Source: an uncultured bacterium (GTDB taxonomy: Bacteria > Omnitrophota > Omnitrophia > Omnitrophales > Aquincolibacteriaceae). From it: a stretch of DNA of 64,000 nt. Below are positions 20,989-31,862 of the stretch, piece by piece (the first letter of the stretch is position 1; each line of letters starts with the position of its first letter). The DNA lies in assembly GCA_964482725.1 (NCBI GenBank), contig CAYZYT010000002.1:74437-138436 (forward strand). Reading direction: 5' to 3'. A program made the translations under genes and the position numbers. The notes under the pieces were generated by a model, which was not told the DNA's origin, made no database searches, and worked only from the letters and a program-made list of their open reading frames with translations.

Positions 20989-21521
20989 TGCAGGAACTTT
21001 AAACCGCGCGTGATGTAGATAATGCCTGAGACGATCGTAAAAGTTACCGTAAGAAAGGACAAAGGCACGGCGATCGGCCATTGGAGAAGAATAAAACACA
21101 GAAGAAGCATTTGAGAAACCGTCGTGAGTTTTCCCCAGAGATTGGGCTGGACTTCGATCTTCACAGCAGAAAAGTTCAGGGTTAAAAATCCAAAGAGAAG
21201 GATCATGTCGCGAAAGATGATCGTGATCGTGATCCAAAGCGGTGGTCGAAAAGGAAGCGAGGCAACACAGAGAAGACCAATGTATGCGCTCACAAGAAGT
21301 ATTTTGTCGGCAAGAGGATCCAGCATTTGCCCTAATGCCGTTCTTTGTTTCAGGAACCGGGCCAGAATTCCGTCAAGGGCGTCGGTCAGCGCGGCGACCA
21401 CAAAGATCGCCAGCGCCACGAGACGCAGGCTTTCCTTTTCGGGAGTGTAGGAAACAAGCGTGATAAAAAAAACAGGGGTAAGAAGAATTCTGAAGAGGGT
21501 CAGGTAATTCGGGATACTCAA
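20985..21521 (-). CDS. pgsA: CDP-alcohol phosphatidyltransferase (PgsA-like)
   Basis: PN.LT..RI, D.LDG..AR....T.LG..LDP.ADK. Confidence 0.85.
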   Translation of the reverse strand: MSIPNYLTLFRILLTPVFFITLVSYTPEKESLRLVALAIFVVAALTDALDGILARFLKQRTALGQMLDPLADKILLVSAYIGLLCVASLPFRPPLWITITIIFRDMILLFGFLTLNFSAVKIEVQPNLWGKLTTVSQMLLLCFILLQWPIAVPLSFLTVTFTIVSGIIYITRGLKFLQ

Positions 21522-24500
21522 GCGCTGACGGTATCCGTAGATTCTGGGGTCGCGGCATCCGCCTCAACCTCGGCGGCGACCTTGGGATGAAGATTCTCGC
21601 CCGGAAGAGACTCTTCGCCGGAACGAACCTTCACCGAAACAATCTTTGAAATCCCGGGCTCTTCCATGGTCACGCCATAAAGTGAGTTTCCCATCGCGAT
21701 GGTCTTACGGTTGTGCGTGATGATGATAAACTGAGATTGATCAATGAACGTGTTGAGCACCGCCAGGAAGCGATCAATATTGGCTTCGTCGAGCGGAGCA
21801 TCGATCTCGTCCAAAAGACAGAAAGGCGACGGCTTGATCTTGAAAAGTGCAAAAAGGAGCGCGACCGCGGTCAGGGCTTTTTCACCGCCCGAAAGCAGCG
21901 ACATATTCTGCAGTTTTTTCCCGGGAGGACGCACAACGATATCGATTCCCGATTCGAGCGGATGGGCTTCATCGATTAGAAAGATCCGAGCTTCGCCGCC
22001 GCGAAAGAGGATCTGATAATATTGCTTGAAGGTTTCCTGAACTTGCTTGAAGGTATCCTCGAAAAGCTGCTTGGTGGTTTGATTGATCTTTCGGATGGCT
22101 TCCATGAGCGAGTTTCGTGCGTCATCGAGGTCTTTTTGTTGCGCCAGCAGGAAATCATAGCGCGTTTTTAATTCCTGATATTCCTCAATGGCAAGAAGAT
22201 TGACCGTGCCGAGAGAATCGACCTTGGTTTGTAGCGCCGCGATCGTTTCTTCGACCGAGGATAATTCTTCTTCCGAAAAAATATAATCCTGCGGGTTAAG
22301 CTCTGAAAGACTCAGCCGGTAACGCTGCAGGAGACGCTCCCCCACATTCTTAAGCTGATAGTCGAGATCCATTTGCTGAAGCGATATCTGGTGCTCTTCA
22401 TCCTGGAGGACTTTTTGGGAGTGCAGCATTTGATCCAGTGCATGGCGTTGCCCCGTCAAAAGCTCTTCCTGCTCCCGTTGATCCTTCCGCAACAGCTCAA
22501 GATCCACGTCCACAGCATGCAAACGTTGCTGGTGTTCCTCAGCAAGGCGAATCCCCGCAACCTCTTCTTGGCCAAGATCCTGCTCCTTGGATGCAATACG
22601 CTCTTTCCCAAGTTCGAGGAAAGACTGCCTCTCCTGGTCCTTTTGCGCGTGCTCTTCGACAAGTCGTCGAGATTCCTCAAGATGCCGTATCCCCTGCTGA
22701 AATTGTTCGACCTGCGTCTGACATTGCCGGACTGCGCTCAAAACTTCATCGCGGGCGCCGGTGCTCTGCTCAAGGTCTTTCTCCCTCTGGCGCTGAATCT
22801 CCCCAACTTTCAACTCTTCTTGTTCTTTTTGGGCCAGAGACGCCTGGATCTGCTCAAGAGTAACGCGGACCTGCTCGGCTTCCTGAGCCAGATCGCGCAC
22901 TTCCGAAGCGGCCAACTCACTCTCGGCCCTGAATCCCTGGAGGCGATCCTCAATGTTATTTTTCTCACTCTCGAGCGATTCCTTTTCAATGAGAGCGGAA
23001 GTCTTTTGTTCTTCCGATTCAGCGCCCTGGGCGCGTAAAGTCGTAAGTTCGTTCTCAAGATAGCCGATCTTCGCCTCTTTCTCCTGGGCTTGCGCGGTCA
23101 GGGCCCCGATCTCGGTACGGATCTTCGAAGTTTCAGAATCCCGCGAAAAATAGAACTGAGAGCGACTTTGATCGTTCCAGAAAAAAAGACGGCGGTCGGA
23201 GCTAAGGAACAGACCATCACGCGAAACAAGGTTTGCCGACGTCGGAATGGCCAAAAGCTCCTCAAGCTGATGCAACGGAAAATTTTCGCAGACAAAAACA
23301 TTCCCCAGAACACCTTCATACCCTGATTCGATCTGGACAAAATCGGCAAGCATCCGGAATCCAAAAGAAGCGTATTGCTGCGACACCTCCGGAGGGAAAG
23401 TGGTCTGCGTTTTAAGAAATATACCGGTGGCGAGTGAATGCCTCACATTCAACCGCTCCACAAGACTTCGGGCCGTGGTAACATCTCCAGCCACCAAGGA
23501 TCGGGCGAATTGTCCCAAAGCAACATCGATAGCCCACTCATAACCTTCCTGAACTTTCACGACCTCTTGAAGGCTCCGGACAAGTCCCGGGACTTGCTGG
23601 GTCGCTTCGTTCAGAAATTCCTGAAACGCGGTCAGGCTGGCACCTTCCATCTCCGTGAGAGTGTGAAGACGGGATTCTTTTTCGCGGAGCCCGAGGCGAG
23701 TCTCATGCGCTAACTTACGGAGCTCCGTAAGTTCATGCTCAAAAGCATGGGTGGTGGACCGAAGCCCTTGATGGCCACTCAAAGTACTCTGAAGTTCAGC
23801 ATTCGTGCTCTCAAGCGATTGGAGGCAAAGCCTCAGCTTTTCCTCCCAGGCAACGATCTGCTCGTTGAGCCGGCCCGCATTCGATTCTTCCCGGCGCCGC
23901 TGTGATTCCAGATTTTCCCCAAGAGCCTTGGTTCGATGAAATTCGTTGCGGGCCTGGGTCGTGACTTGAGCCGCGTCAAAGAATTCCTTACGGGCCATTT
24001 CAAGGGTGTTTTTGGCTTCCTGGATTCTGGACTCCCGGAGGTGAAGTTCCTGCGTGACCTCTGTAAGACGCGTTTGAACCTGAGAGTTTTCATTCTCCCG
24101 GACCTTGAGAAGCTCACTCAGCTCATTTTTCTTGATCCCGGCGCCTTCGATCGACTGGCGAAGCTGGTCCTGCTCCTGAAGCAGTTGGCCGCGTTGTTGT
24201 GCGAGTTCTACCCGTTTATCCCGGATAAATTGAAGCTTTTGATCATTCGTCTCGATCTGCGCGAGAGCTTGATAGCGTTCGCCCTCTTTAACGCGGCAAC
24301 GCTGCCCGATCCCCCGGACACGCGTTTCCTGATCTTCGATCGTTTGATGCTGACCTTGGAGCTTTGACTCAAGCGCTGTGAGCTCATCTTTTTTGGACTG
24401 GAAGTTTTGAATCAGATCGATCTTTTTTTGCTCGATCTTTCGCTGGTCATGAAACGCCCGCTTAATTTCAAGCATTTTGAGGCGTTCAAGCTCCAATTTG

Positions 24501-25144
24501 TAACGCTCGGCTCGCTTGGCCTGGCGCTCGGCATACTGGATATTCTTCTGGACTTCAAAGACGATATCCTGAAGGCGCTTCAGATTCTCTTCCGTGCGTT
24601 CGAGCTTGCGAATCGATTCGTCTTTTTTAACTTTGTACTTGGCGATCCCTGCGGCTTCTTCAATAAGGAAACGGCGTTCTTCCGGATCCGCTTTGAGAAT
24701 GTAATCGATCCTTCCCTGTTCGATCATGGAGTAAGAGGAGGAACCAATCCCGGTATCGAGGATTAGGTCTTGAATATCCTTGAGACGACACTGGGTTTTA
24801 TTGAGGAGATATTCGCTTTCCCCGGTGCGATAAAGGCGGCGAGTAAGGGTGACTTCATTATATTCGATCGGCATACCACGGTCCGCATTGTCGATCGTGA
24901 GGGAGACTTCGGCGAAGGCGAGGGGTTTACGGACTTCTGTTCCGTTAAAAATAACGTCTTCCATGGTCGAGCCGCGCAGAAGCTTCGCGCTACGCTCCCC
25001 TAAAACCCAACGGATAGCGTCTGAGACATTGCTCTTACCACAACCGTTAGGACCGACGATGCAAGTGACCCCTTGGTCAAAGGCAACCTCGGTTTTTTCG
25101 GCGAAGGACTTGAAACCTAGTAGCTCAAGTTTTTTAAGGCGCAT
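21518..25144 (-). CDS. smc: Chromosome segregation protein SMC
   Basis: GPNGCGKSN, long coiled coils, LSGGEK, LLDEIDAPLD, ITH. Confidence 0.97.
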   Translation of the reverse strand: MRLKKLELLGFKSFAEKTEVAFDQGVTCIVGPNGCGKSNVSDAIRWVLGERSAKLLRGSTMEDVIFNGTEVRKPLAFAEVSLTIDNADRGMPIEYNEVTLTRRLYRTGESEYLLNKTQCRLKDIQDLILDTGIGSSSYSMIEQGRIDYILKADPEERRFLIEEAAGIAKYKVKKDESIRKLERTEENLKRLQDIVFEVQKNIQYAERQAKRAERYKLELERLKMLEIKRAFHDQRKIEQKKIDLIQNFQSKKDELTALESKLQGQHQTIEDQETRVRGIGQRCRVKEGERYQALAQIETNDQKLQFIRDKRVELAQQRGQLLQEQDQLRQSIEGAGIKKNELSELLKVRENENSQVQTRLTEVTQELHLRESRIQEAKNTLEMARKEFFDAAQVTTQARNEFHRTKALGENLESQRRREESNAGRLNEQIVAWEEKLRLCLQSLESTNAELQSTLSGHQGLRSTTHAFEHELTELRKLAHETRLGLREKESRLHTLTEMEGASLTAFQEFLNEATQQVPGLVRSLQEVVKVQEGYEWAIDVALGQFARSLVAGDVTTARSLVERLNVRHSLATGIFLKTQTTFPPEVSQQYASFGFRMLADFVQIESGYEGVLGNVFVCENFPLHQLEELLAIPTSANLVSRDGLFLSSDRRLFFWNDQSRSQFYFSRDSETSKIRTEIGALTAQAQEKEAKIGYLENELTTLRAQGAESEEQKTSALIEKESLESEKNNIEDRLQGFRAESELAASEVRDLAQEAEQVRVTLEQIQASLAQKEQEELKVGEIQRQREKDLEQSTGARDEVLSAVRQCQTQVEQFQQGIRHLEESRRLVEEHAQKDQERQSFLELGKERIASKEQDLGQEEVAGIRLAEEHQQRLHAVDVDLELLRKDQREQEELLTGQRHALDQMLHSQKVLQDEEHQISLQQMDLDYQLKNVGERLLQRYRLSLSELNPQDYIFSEEELSSVEETIAALQTKVDSLGTVNLLAIEEYQELKTRYDFLLAQQKDLDDARNSLMEAIRKINQTTKQLFEDTFKQVQETFKQYYQILFRGGEARIFLIDEAHPLESGIDIVVRPPGKKLQNMSLLSGGEKALTAVALLFALFKIKPSPFCLLDEIDAPLDEANIDRFLAVLNTFIDQSQFIIITHNRKTIAMGNSLYGVTMEEPGISKIVSVKVRSGEESLPGENLHPKVAAEVEADAATPESTDTVSA

Positions 25145-25246
25145 ACATGCCCGCTCTGAGGATAGAGCTGGCCCCCTTTAGGGTTAACCCTTACATCTAA
25201 TATTACGGCGGCAAAGGGTACTGTCTGAAGAGAAAAAAAACAGGGC

Positions 25247-26488
25247 CTATTCCTGATACGCCTTGAACGCGATACAGGCGTTGTGGCCCCCGAAACCCAA
25301 CGAATTCGACAAAGTGAACCGAACGCGACAGGCTTGAGCTTCGTTCGGAACGTAATTTAAATCACAATCCGGGTCGGGATGCTTGTAATTAATGGTCGGA
25401 GGAACGATCTGGTCACGTATCGCCAGAACGCACGCTGCGCCTTCGACGGCACCCGCCGCTCCGAGAAGGTGTCCCGTCATAGACTTAGTCGAGCTGATAC
25501 GCACCTTCCGCGCGACATCTTCTCCCAAAGCTTTCTTGATGGCCAAGGTCTCAACTTTGTCGTTCAAAGGCGTTGAGGTCCCGTGCGCATTGATATAGTC
25601 GACATCCTCGGGACGGATACCCGCATCTTTCATGGCAATGATCATGCAGCGAGCAGCGCCTTCTCCGCTCGGATCCGGAGCCGTGATATGACTCGCGTCG
25701 GACGTCATGCCATAGCCCGCCATTTCAGCATAGATTCTGGCCCCGCGTTTCTTAGCATGCTCCAACTCTTCCATGATCAGAACCGCGCAACCTTCCCCCA
25801 TCACGAATCCACTGCGGGTCTTATCAAACGGCCGGGATGCCGTCGCGGGATTTTCATTATGGGTACTTAATGCCTTCATGGCGTCAAACCCGCCAAAGCC
25901 AAGGTTGGTGATGCAGGATTCCGTGCCGCCAGCGAACATGACATCCGCTTCGTTACGTTGGATGATCTTAAATGCATCTCCGATGGCGTTGGAACCGGTT
26001 GCGCAAGCCGTCGCCACGCAAGTACTTGGCCCCTTGAGTCCCAAAGCGATCGATATCGCCCCAGGCGCCATATTGACAATAAGCATCGGAATCAGGAAGG
26101 GTGAAATACGGCCCGGTCCTTTTTCCATCATCTGGCGATGCTGTTCTTCGATCACACGCAGTCCCCCGATACCGGACCCCACCAAGATACCGACGCGGTG
26201 AGCGTCTTCCTTGGAGATGTCTAATTTGGCGTCTTCCATGGCCATCTTGGCGGTGGCGACTCCGAATTGAACAAAAATGTCCGTCTTCTTGATTTCCTTC
26301 AGGGACATGTATTTGGCAGGCTCGAAGTTCTTCACCTCGGCAGCGACTTTGGAATTAAAAGGGGTTGAGTCGATCTGGGTCAGAGGACCCGTACCGCTCA
26401 TGCCTTTCAAAAAGCCTTGCCAAGTCTCTTCGGCGGTATTGGCAACAGGAGTGATCATCCCAATGCCGGTAATAACTACACGACGCAT
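25247..26488 (-). CDS. fabF: 3-oxoacyl-ACP synthase II
   Basis: TACATG, NAHGTST, GHLLGAAG, NSLGFGGHN. Confidence 0.98.
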   Translation of the reverse strand: MRRVVITGIGMITPVANTAEETWQGFLKGMSGTGPLTQIDSTPFNSKVAAEVKNFEPAKYMSLKEIKKTDIFVQFGVATAKMAMEDAKLDISKEDAHRVGILVGSGIGGLRVIEEQHRQMMEKGPGRISPFLIPMLIVNMAPGAISIALGLKGPSTCVATACATGSNAIGDAFKIIQRNEADVMFAGGTESCITNLGFGGFDAMKALSTHNENPATASRPFDKTRSGFVMGEGCAVLIMEELEHAKKRGARIYAEMAGYGMTSDASHITAPDPSGEGAARCMIIAMKDAGIRPEDVDYINAHGTSTPLNDKVETLAIKKALGEDVARKVRISSTKSMTGHLLGAAGAVEGAACVLAIRDQIVPPTINYKHPDPDCDLNYVPNEAQACRVRFTLSNSLGFGGHNACIAFKAYQE

Positions 26489-26544
26489 GATAGTTGGGTT
26501 TCCTTGGGTGAAAAGGATTTTTCAGGAGAGAAAGGACGAGCCGC

Positions 26545-26784
26545 TTACTTCTGGCTCGTCTTTTCAGAAACGTACTTAATGGCATCCCCTACGGTCTGGA
26601 GCTTTTCCGCATCTTCATCCGGAATTTCTGCGCCAAACTCTTCCTCAAAAGCCATAACGAGCTCAACCGTATCCAGGGAATCCGCTCCGAGATCATCCAC
26701 GAAGGATGCTTCGGGAACGACTTCCTCGGGTTTCACACCAAGCTGCTCGACGATAATTTCTGTGATCTTTTCTTGAACGCCCAT
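26545..26784 (-). CDS. acpP: Acyl carrier protein
   Basis: [14 protein letters not shown]. Confidence 0.99.
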   Translation of the reverse strand: MGVQEKITEIIVEQLGVKPEEVVPEASFVDDLGADSLDTVELVMAFEEEFGAEIPDEDAEKLQTVGDAIKYVSEKTSQK

Positions 26785-26833
26785 CGATGTTTCCTCCTTT
26801 AGAGATTGATAACTTTACTGCTTGATAATCACA

Positions 26834-27577
26834 TCAGATTACGAGACCACCGTCCACAACGATCGTTTGTCCAGTGACGTACGCTGATGCTTCTGATGCC
26901 AGAAATACAGCAACATTCGCTACATCTTGAGGCTCGCCAAGACGCCTAAGCCCGATCCGCTCTTTCATTTTTTCGACCAGATCCGGCGGAAGCTTGTCGG
27001 TCATCTTGCTCTTGATAAAACCCGGCGCGATCGCGTTGGCCCGAATATTTCGCTTCGCCAACTCCTTCGCCGTGCTCTTTGTCAAAGCGATCATGCCCCC
27101 TTTTGAGGCCGCATAGTTCGCCTGACCGGCGTTCCCAGAGATCCCGATGATAGAAGCGATATTAATGATCGCTCCGGCACGTTGTTTCATCATGGGCCTT
27201 GCGCACTCTTTGGTGAAGAGGAATGCGCTCTTCAAATTGATCGAAAGAACATCGTCCCAGTCCTGTTCGGACATGGTCGCGAGCAATCCGTCCTTCGTAA
27301 TGCCCGCAACGTTGACGAGTATATCGATGCGATCAAAGGTGTCAAGAGCGATTTTGACAACTTGCTCAACTTCATCCCCATTCGCCACATTGGCTTGCGT
27401 CAAAAGGCATTTTGGAGATCCTGCCTGTTTTGCGAGCGCCTCCGTCTCCGTCAAAAACTCGGTTTTGAGGTCCGAAAGCACCAAAATAGCGCCTTCTTTT
27501 GCGAACGCAAGGGCGATCGCCTGACCAATCCCGCGCCCAGCGCCGGTTACAAGCGCCACTTTATCCTTAAGCATCAT
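26834..27577 (-). CDS. fabG: 3-oxoacyl-ACP reductase
   Basis: TGAGRGIG, YAASK, fab cluster context. Confidence 0.96.
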   Translation of the reverse strand: MMLKDKVALVTGAGRGIGQAIALAFAKEGAILVLSDLKTEFLTETEALAKQAGSPKCLLTQANVANGDEVEQVVKIALDTFDRIDILVNVAGITKDGLLATMSEQDWDDVLSINLKSAFLFTKECARPMMKQRAGAIINIASIIGISGNAGQANYAASKGGMIALTKSTAKELAKRNIRANAIAPGFIKSKMTDKLPPDLVEKMKERIGLRRLGEPQDVANVAVFLASEASAYVTGQTIVVDGGLVI

Positions 27578-27595
27578 GAGCCACTCTCCTTATCG

Positions 27596-28537
27596 TTATG
27601 ATTGTGCCAACAACATGAGTGCGTCGAGACCTTTAAAATCAGTCACAGCGCCAAATGAAATCACTTCCAGTTCCGGCTGGCACTTGCGCGCCAACCCCTT
27701 GAGAATCTTCCCAGGACCGATTTCCAGATAGGTGGTGATCCCACATTCCTTGGCCGTCGCCAAAGTCCTGACCCACTGAACCGAACTCGTCAGCTGCTTC
27801 GAAAGGAGCGCGCGGATCTCCTCGGGATTTGAAACCCTTTGCGCGGTGACATTGGGAATAAAAGCGCACTTGGGCTCATGGATGGGCGTGTTGGCAAGCG
27901 CGGTCTCGAGCCGGGCCTTCGCCTCGCCCATAAGAGAGGAATGAAAAGCCCCGCCGACTTTAAGCGGCATCGCACGCTTGGCCCCTTTGCTTTCGGCGAT
28001 CGAACACGCCTTTTCAATGGACGGGACTGTCCCTGAAAGAACCGTCTGATCGGGAGCATTTAGATTTGCAACCTCGCAACCCGCCTCATGGGCCACGTCG
28101 GTACATTGTTCCAGCGTAAGCCCCATGATGAAGGCCATCGTCCCGGGATTATTCTTAGCAGCCTCTTCCATGGCCTCGGCTCGAACTTGCACAAGCTTCA
28201 AGGCGTCATCAAAGGAGATCGCCTCAGAAGCGGTCAACGCCGTGAACTCCCCAAGACTTAAACCTGCGACGAGCGAAGGCTTGAGAGCGGGATTCTTTTC
28301 ACGGAGCACCGCCAACGCCGCGAGGCTTGTAACGAGTATGCCGGTCTGAGCATAAAGAGTTCGGGTCAATTCGGTTTCAGGGCCGGAGAAACAGATCTGA
28401 CTGAGGGAATAGCCCAAGATCTCGTCGGCTTTTTTATAAAGCTCTCGAGCGGCCGGGCTCTGATCGTAAAGATCCTTTCCCATGCCCACAAATTGAGCGC
28501 CCTGGCCTGGAAATAAAAAACCAATGGGTTGGATCAT
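27596..28537 (-). CDS. fabD: Malonyl-CoA-ACP transacylase
   Basis: FPGQGAQ, GLSLGE, GAFHS, EIGPG; start ATG 28537. Confidence 0.96.
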   Translation of the reverse strand: MIQPIGFLFPGQGAQFVGMGKDLYDQSPAARELYKKADEILGYSLSQICFSGPETELTRTLYAQTGILVTSLAALAVLREKNPALKPSLVAGLSLGEFTALTASEAISFDDALKLVQVRAEAMEEAAKNNPGTMAFIMGLTLEQCTDVAHEAGCEVANLNAPDQTVLSGTVPSIEKACSIAESKGAKRAMPLKVGGAFHSSLMGEAKARLETALANTPIHEPKCAFIPNVTAQRVSNPEEIRALLSKQLTSSVQWVRTLATAKECGITTYLEIGPGKILKGLARKCQPELEVISFGAVTDFKGLDALMLLAQS

Positions 28538-28542
28538 CGGGA

Positions 28543-29529
28543 CTACCACTTGATGAGGCTTGCGCCCCACGTGAGGCCACCGCCGAAAGCAACGAGGACC
28601 ACATAGTCCCCCTTTTTGACCGCCCCACTCTTCACGGCCTCATAAAGAGCGACCACCGTGGAAGCGCTTGACATATTGCCGTAGCGATCCACGTTGATAA
28701 AAACCTTTTCAGGCGCGATCTTAAGGCGTTCCGCTACAGCCTGGAGAATACGATTGTTAGCCTGATGCGGGATGAGACAGTGGATGTCGTTGATTTGAAG
28801 GTTTTCATGTTCCAGAACCTTGAGCACGGCCTGTTCCATTGTCTTAACCGCGATCTTGAAAAGTTCTGGGCCGGCCATACGGATGTAATGCTGTCCATTC
28901 GCAACGCTTTCAGCGCTCGGAGGGATCCTGGAGCCGCCCGCAGGGATCTGGAGGATCTCGCTTTGATTGCCATCGGCCCCCAAGTAGGAGGCAAGGATAC
29001 CGTGACCGTCCTTGGATCTGGAAACAACGGCCGCTCCGGCGCCGTCACCAAAAAGAACGCAGGTGCCGCGGTCTTTCCAATTAATGAATCTTGAGATTGT
29101 TTCGGCTCCAACGACCAGCACATGTTTATAAATGCCGGACTTTACAAATCCTTCCGCGACGGAAAGGGCGTAAGCAAAACCAGAACAGGCCGCCGCGAGG
29201 TCAAAAGCGCCGCAGGTCGCACCGAGCTTTGCCTGAAGATAACAAGAAGCCGAAGGAAAGATCATATCCGGCGAAGTGGTCGCGACGATGATGAGCTCGA
29301 GATCCTGTGGGGTCAGCCCGGCATCCTTCAGAGCTTCCTGGGCGGCGGGCAGAGCGAGATCGCTTGTGGCTTGTTCCTTCGCCGCGATACGGCGCTCACG
29401 GATGCCGGTACGCGTACGGATCCAATCGTCCGTGGTATCAACGATCTTTTCGATATCCGCGTTCGTTAATACTTTTTCGGGCAAATAAGCCCCAAGCCCT
29501 GTAATGGCAGCACGATACGGTGCGGTCAT
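28543..29529 (-). CDS. fabH: 3-oxoacyl-ACP synthase III
   Basis: AACSGF, LFGDGAGA, PHQAN, GNMSSAS. Confidence 0.97.
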   Translation of the reverse strand: MTAPYRAAITGLGAYLPEKVLTNADIEKIVDTTDDWIRTRTGIRERRIAAKEQATSDLALPAAQEALKDAGLTPQDLELIIVATTSPDMIFPSASCYLQAKLGATCGAFDLAAACSGFAYALSVAEGFVKSGIYKHVLVVGAETISRFINWKDRGTCVLFGDGAGAAVVSRSKDGHGILASYLGADGNQSEILQIPAGGSRIPPSAESVANGQHYIRMAGPELFKIAVKTMEQAVLKVLEHENLQINDIHCLIPHQANNRILQAVAERLKIAPEKVFINVDRYGNMSSASTVVALYEAVKSGAVKKGDYVVLVAFGGGLTWGASLIKW

Positions 29530-29641
29530 GATTCCTTTTTGGTCCTTGCGGAATTAGTCCCAATCCCAATCAATTTCAGAGAATCTGAAATTGGGGCAAT
29601 CCTGACTGCCCTTAATTAAAAGAAAATGAAAGTCAGGATAG

Positions 29642-30691
29642 TTACACATTGCTGGGTTTACGCTCCGTCGGAGGAACGGACGAAACGGAATGACTCAGAT
29701 ACGGGGTAATGGCTTCCACGATCTGCGCGTTAACGCGCGTAGTGACAAGTTCTCCCGCAACGCGGATCGCATTACGGATGGCGAGCGCGGAGGAAATGCC
29801 GTGACTGATGATCACGTTTCCGTCGACGCCCAAAAGCGGCGCCCCCCCGGCTTCTTCATAATCCGTCTCTTTGCGGATAGACGAAAGCGCGGGCTTTAAA
29901 AGCCACGCGGCGATCGAAGTGATCGGATTCTTGCGGAGCTCACGTCCGATGAGAGCGACCGAAGTTTCCAGAACGCTTTCGATCATCTTCAGGACCACAT
30001 TACCGACAAAACCGTCGCAGATGATGCAATCGGCCTTTCCGGTGAAGAAATCGCGACCTTCGATGTTTCCAATAAAGTTGAGCGTGGACTCCCGAAGAAG
30101 CTTGTACGTCTCCTTGATAACTTCAGTACCTTTGGATTCTTCTTCCCCGATATTAAGAAGTCCGATCGTCGGGCGCTTTTTCTTGAGAATACTTTTGGCG
30201 AAAACGTCTGCCATGATCGCGTACTGGAAAAGTTCATAAGCGGAGGGGTTCAAATTCGCACCCACATCGACCGTGACCGACATCCCGTGAAGCGTGGGGG
30301 TCGCAATAGCAATGCCAGGACGCTTGATCCCGGGCAACATGCCAAGATGGAGCGTCGAAGCAGCAACCATGGCGCCCGTGTTTCCTGCAGAAACAGCCGC
30401 GGCGCAATCTTTCTTCTTCAACAGATCAATGCAAACGCCGATCGAGGAATCTTTTTTCTTGCGGAGCGCGGCGACAGGCGACTCCCCCATACCAATAACA
30501 TCACTCGCTTCAAGGAGGACGATCTTGCCGCCAAGAACCTTATGCTTATTCAGTTCCCGCTTTAGAGCGGCGGTCTGACCGACCAGAACGATCTCCAGAT
30601 GTTCGAAATCGTTGGCGGCCATGACAGCCCCCTCGACCACGACCTGCGGAGCGTAATCCCCTCCCATCCCGTCCAGAGCGATCCGGATCAT
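29642..30691 (-). CDS. plsX: Phosphate acyltransferase PlsX
   Basis: DGMGGD, SAGNTGA, NIGEE, DGFVGN. Confidence 0.97.
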   Translation of the reverse strand: MIRIALDGMGGDYAPQVVVEGAVMAANDFEHLEIVLVGQTAALKRELNKHKVLGGKIVLLEASDVIGMGESPVAALRKKKDSSIGVCIDLLKKKDCAAAVSAGNTGAMVAASTLHLGMLPGIKRPGIAIATPTLHGMSVTVDVGANLNPSAYELFQYAIMADVFAKSILKKKRPTIGLLNIGEEESKGTEVIKETYKLLRESTLNFIGNIEGRDFFTGKADCIICDGFVGNVVLKMIESVLETSVALIGRELRKNPITSIAAWLLKPALSSIRKETDYEEAGGAPLLGVDGNVIISHGISSALAIRNAIRVAGELVTTRVNAQIVEAITPYLSHSVSSVPPTERKPSNV

Positions 30692-30696
30692 GGAGA

Positions 30697-30894
30697 TTAT
30701 TCCTTCTCCTGGGTCTTGACCTTGATGGCCTTCACCAGCTTACCTTTATAGAAGCCACAGGAAGCACAGACGCGGTGGGGCAGGATAAACGCGCCACATT
30801 GAGCGCATTGCGACCGGGACTTCAGAACCAAATGGTCGTTGGCCCGACGTAAGCGCGAGCGCGTATTTGAATGTTTTCTCTTAGGATGTGCCAT
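30697..30894 (-). CDS. rpmF: 50S ribosomal protein L32
   Basis: MAHPKRK, C..CG....PHRVC..CG.Y. Confidence 0.97.
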   Translation of the reverse strand: MAHPKRKHSNTRSRLRRANDHLVLKSRSQCAQCGAFILPHRVCASCGFYKGKLVKAIKVKTQEKE

Positions 30895-31363
30895 GAGGTT
30901 GCTCCTTCTTGGATTTCTCTTTTTTTATGATGACTGGGGAAGCATGATAGCCATTTTCTTTACAATTGCAAGCGCCTTCATTGAGATCAATACCACAGTG
31001 AGGGCAAAGTCCCCGGCAGCTTTCTTTGCACAGATGCACGAGCGGATGTTCGACAATCAGAAGTTCCCGAACATTCTCCAAGGGCTCAACCGCGTCCTTC
31101 CCCGAAAGGTCAAAGATCCAGTCAACGTCAAAGGATAATTTCTCAGGCTTCTCTTTGAGGCATTTCCCGCAGACCCTTTTAACCTCGGTCGTCAGAGTTC
31201 CCTGCAAACGAAGCATGCCGCCGCTTTTTTCAGCTTCGCCTGAAAGAAGTATGGGCTCCGTATAAAGCATGTCCGGGAACTCCACCTCGATCGTCTTCGC
31301 GTCATAGGATCCCTCCACCGGGACCGAAAGACCCTCTTCAAATTCTGAAAGGATGAGTTTCAT
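30881..31363 (-). CDS. yceD: DUF177/YceD family protein
   Basis: C..CL and LC...CRGLCP.CG..LN...C.C; upstream of rpmF. Confidence 0.88.
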   Translation of the reverse strand: MKLILSEFEEGLSVPVEGSYDAKTIEVEFPDMLYTEPILLSGEAEKSGGMLRLQGTLTTEVKRVCGKCLKEKPEKLSFDVDWIFDLSGKDAVEPLENVRELLIVEHPLVHLCKESCRGLCPHCGIDLNEGACNCKENGYHASPVIIKKEKSKKEQPHGTS

Positions 31364-31364
31364 G

Positions 31365-31862
31365 CTAGCAAGCACCTCCAACTGAAAACTTGTTTTTGAT
31401 ACGGACGGCGACCGGCGCCGGGACATAACGCCGCACATCGCCCCCCAACTGAGCGATCTCTTTGATAAGACGCGAAGAAAGATAAAAAAATGACTCCGAC
31501 GGCATCAAGAACATCGTGTCGATCTTGGGTGCGAGCTTTCGATTCGTCAGGGCCATTTGAAACTCATAATCAAAATCTGAAGTTGCCCGAATGCCCCTAA
31601 TAAGCGTAAAGGCTTTCGCTTTTACGGCAAGATGAACGGTCAGCCCTTCCGAGCTTTCCACTTTGACCTGGGGACGGTGTTTGAGGGCGGCTTTTAAAAA
31701 ACCCACACGCTCCTCCACGGTAAAAAGGGTCTTCTTGGAAGGATTCGAGGCAACGACCACGATCAGTTCGTCAAAAAGGTTCAGCGCCCGTTCGATCAGA
31801 TCCAGATGACCGAACGTAACGGGATCAAAGCTCCCCGGATATATAGCTTTTCGTTTTTTCAT
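31365..31862 (-). CDS. coaD: Phosphopantetheine adenylyltransferase
   Basis: YPGSFDP.T.GH, RG.R, LSS..IKE. Confidence 0.98.
   Translation of the reverse strand: MKKRKAIYPGSFDPVTFGHLDLIERALNLFDELIVVVASNPSKKTLFTVEERVGFLKAALKHRPQVKVESSEGLTVHLAVKAKAFTLIRGIRATSDFDYEFQMALTNRKLAPKIDTMFLMPSESFFYLSSRLIKEIAQLGGDVRRYVPAPVAVRIKNKFSVGGAC

Noticed and set aside
29560-29640. Two short hairpins between plsX and fabH as a riboswitch or operator
   Set aside because: No recognisable consensus and stems too short to support a call
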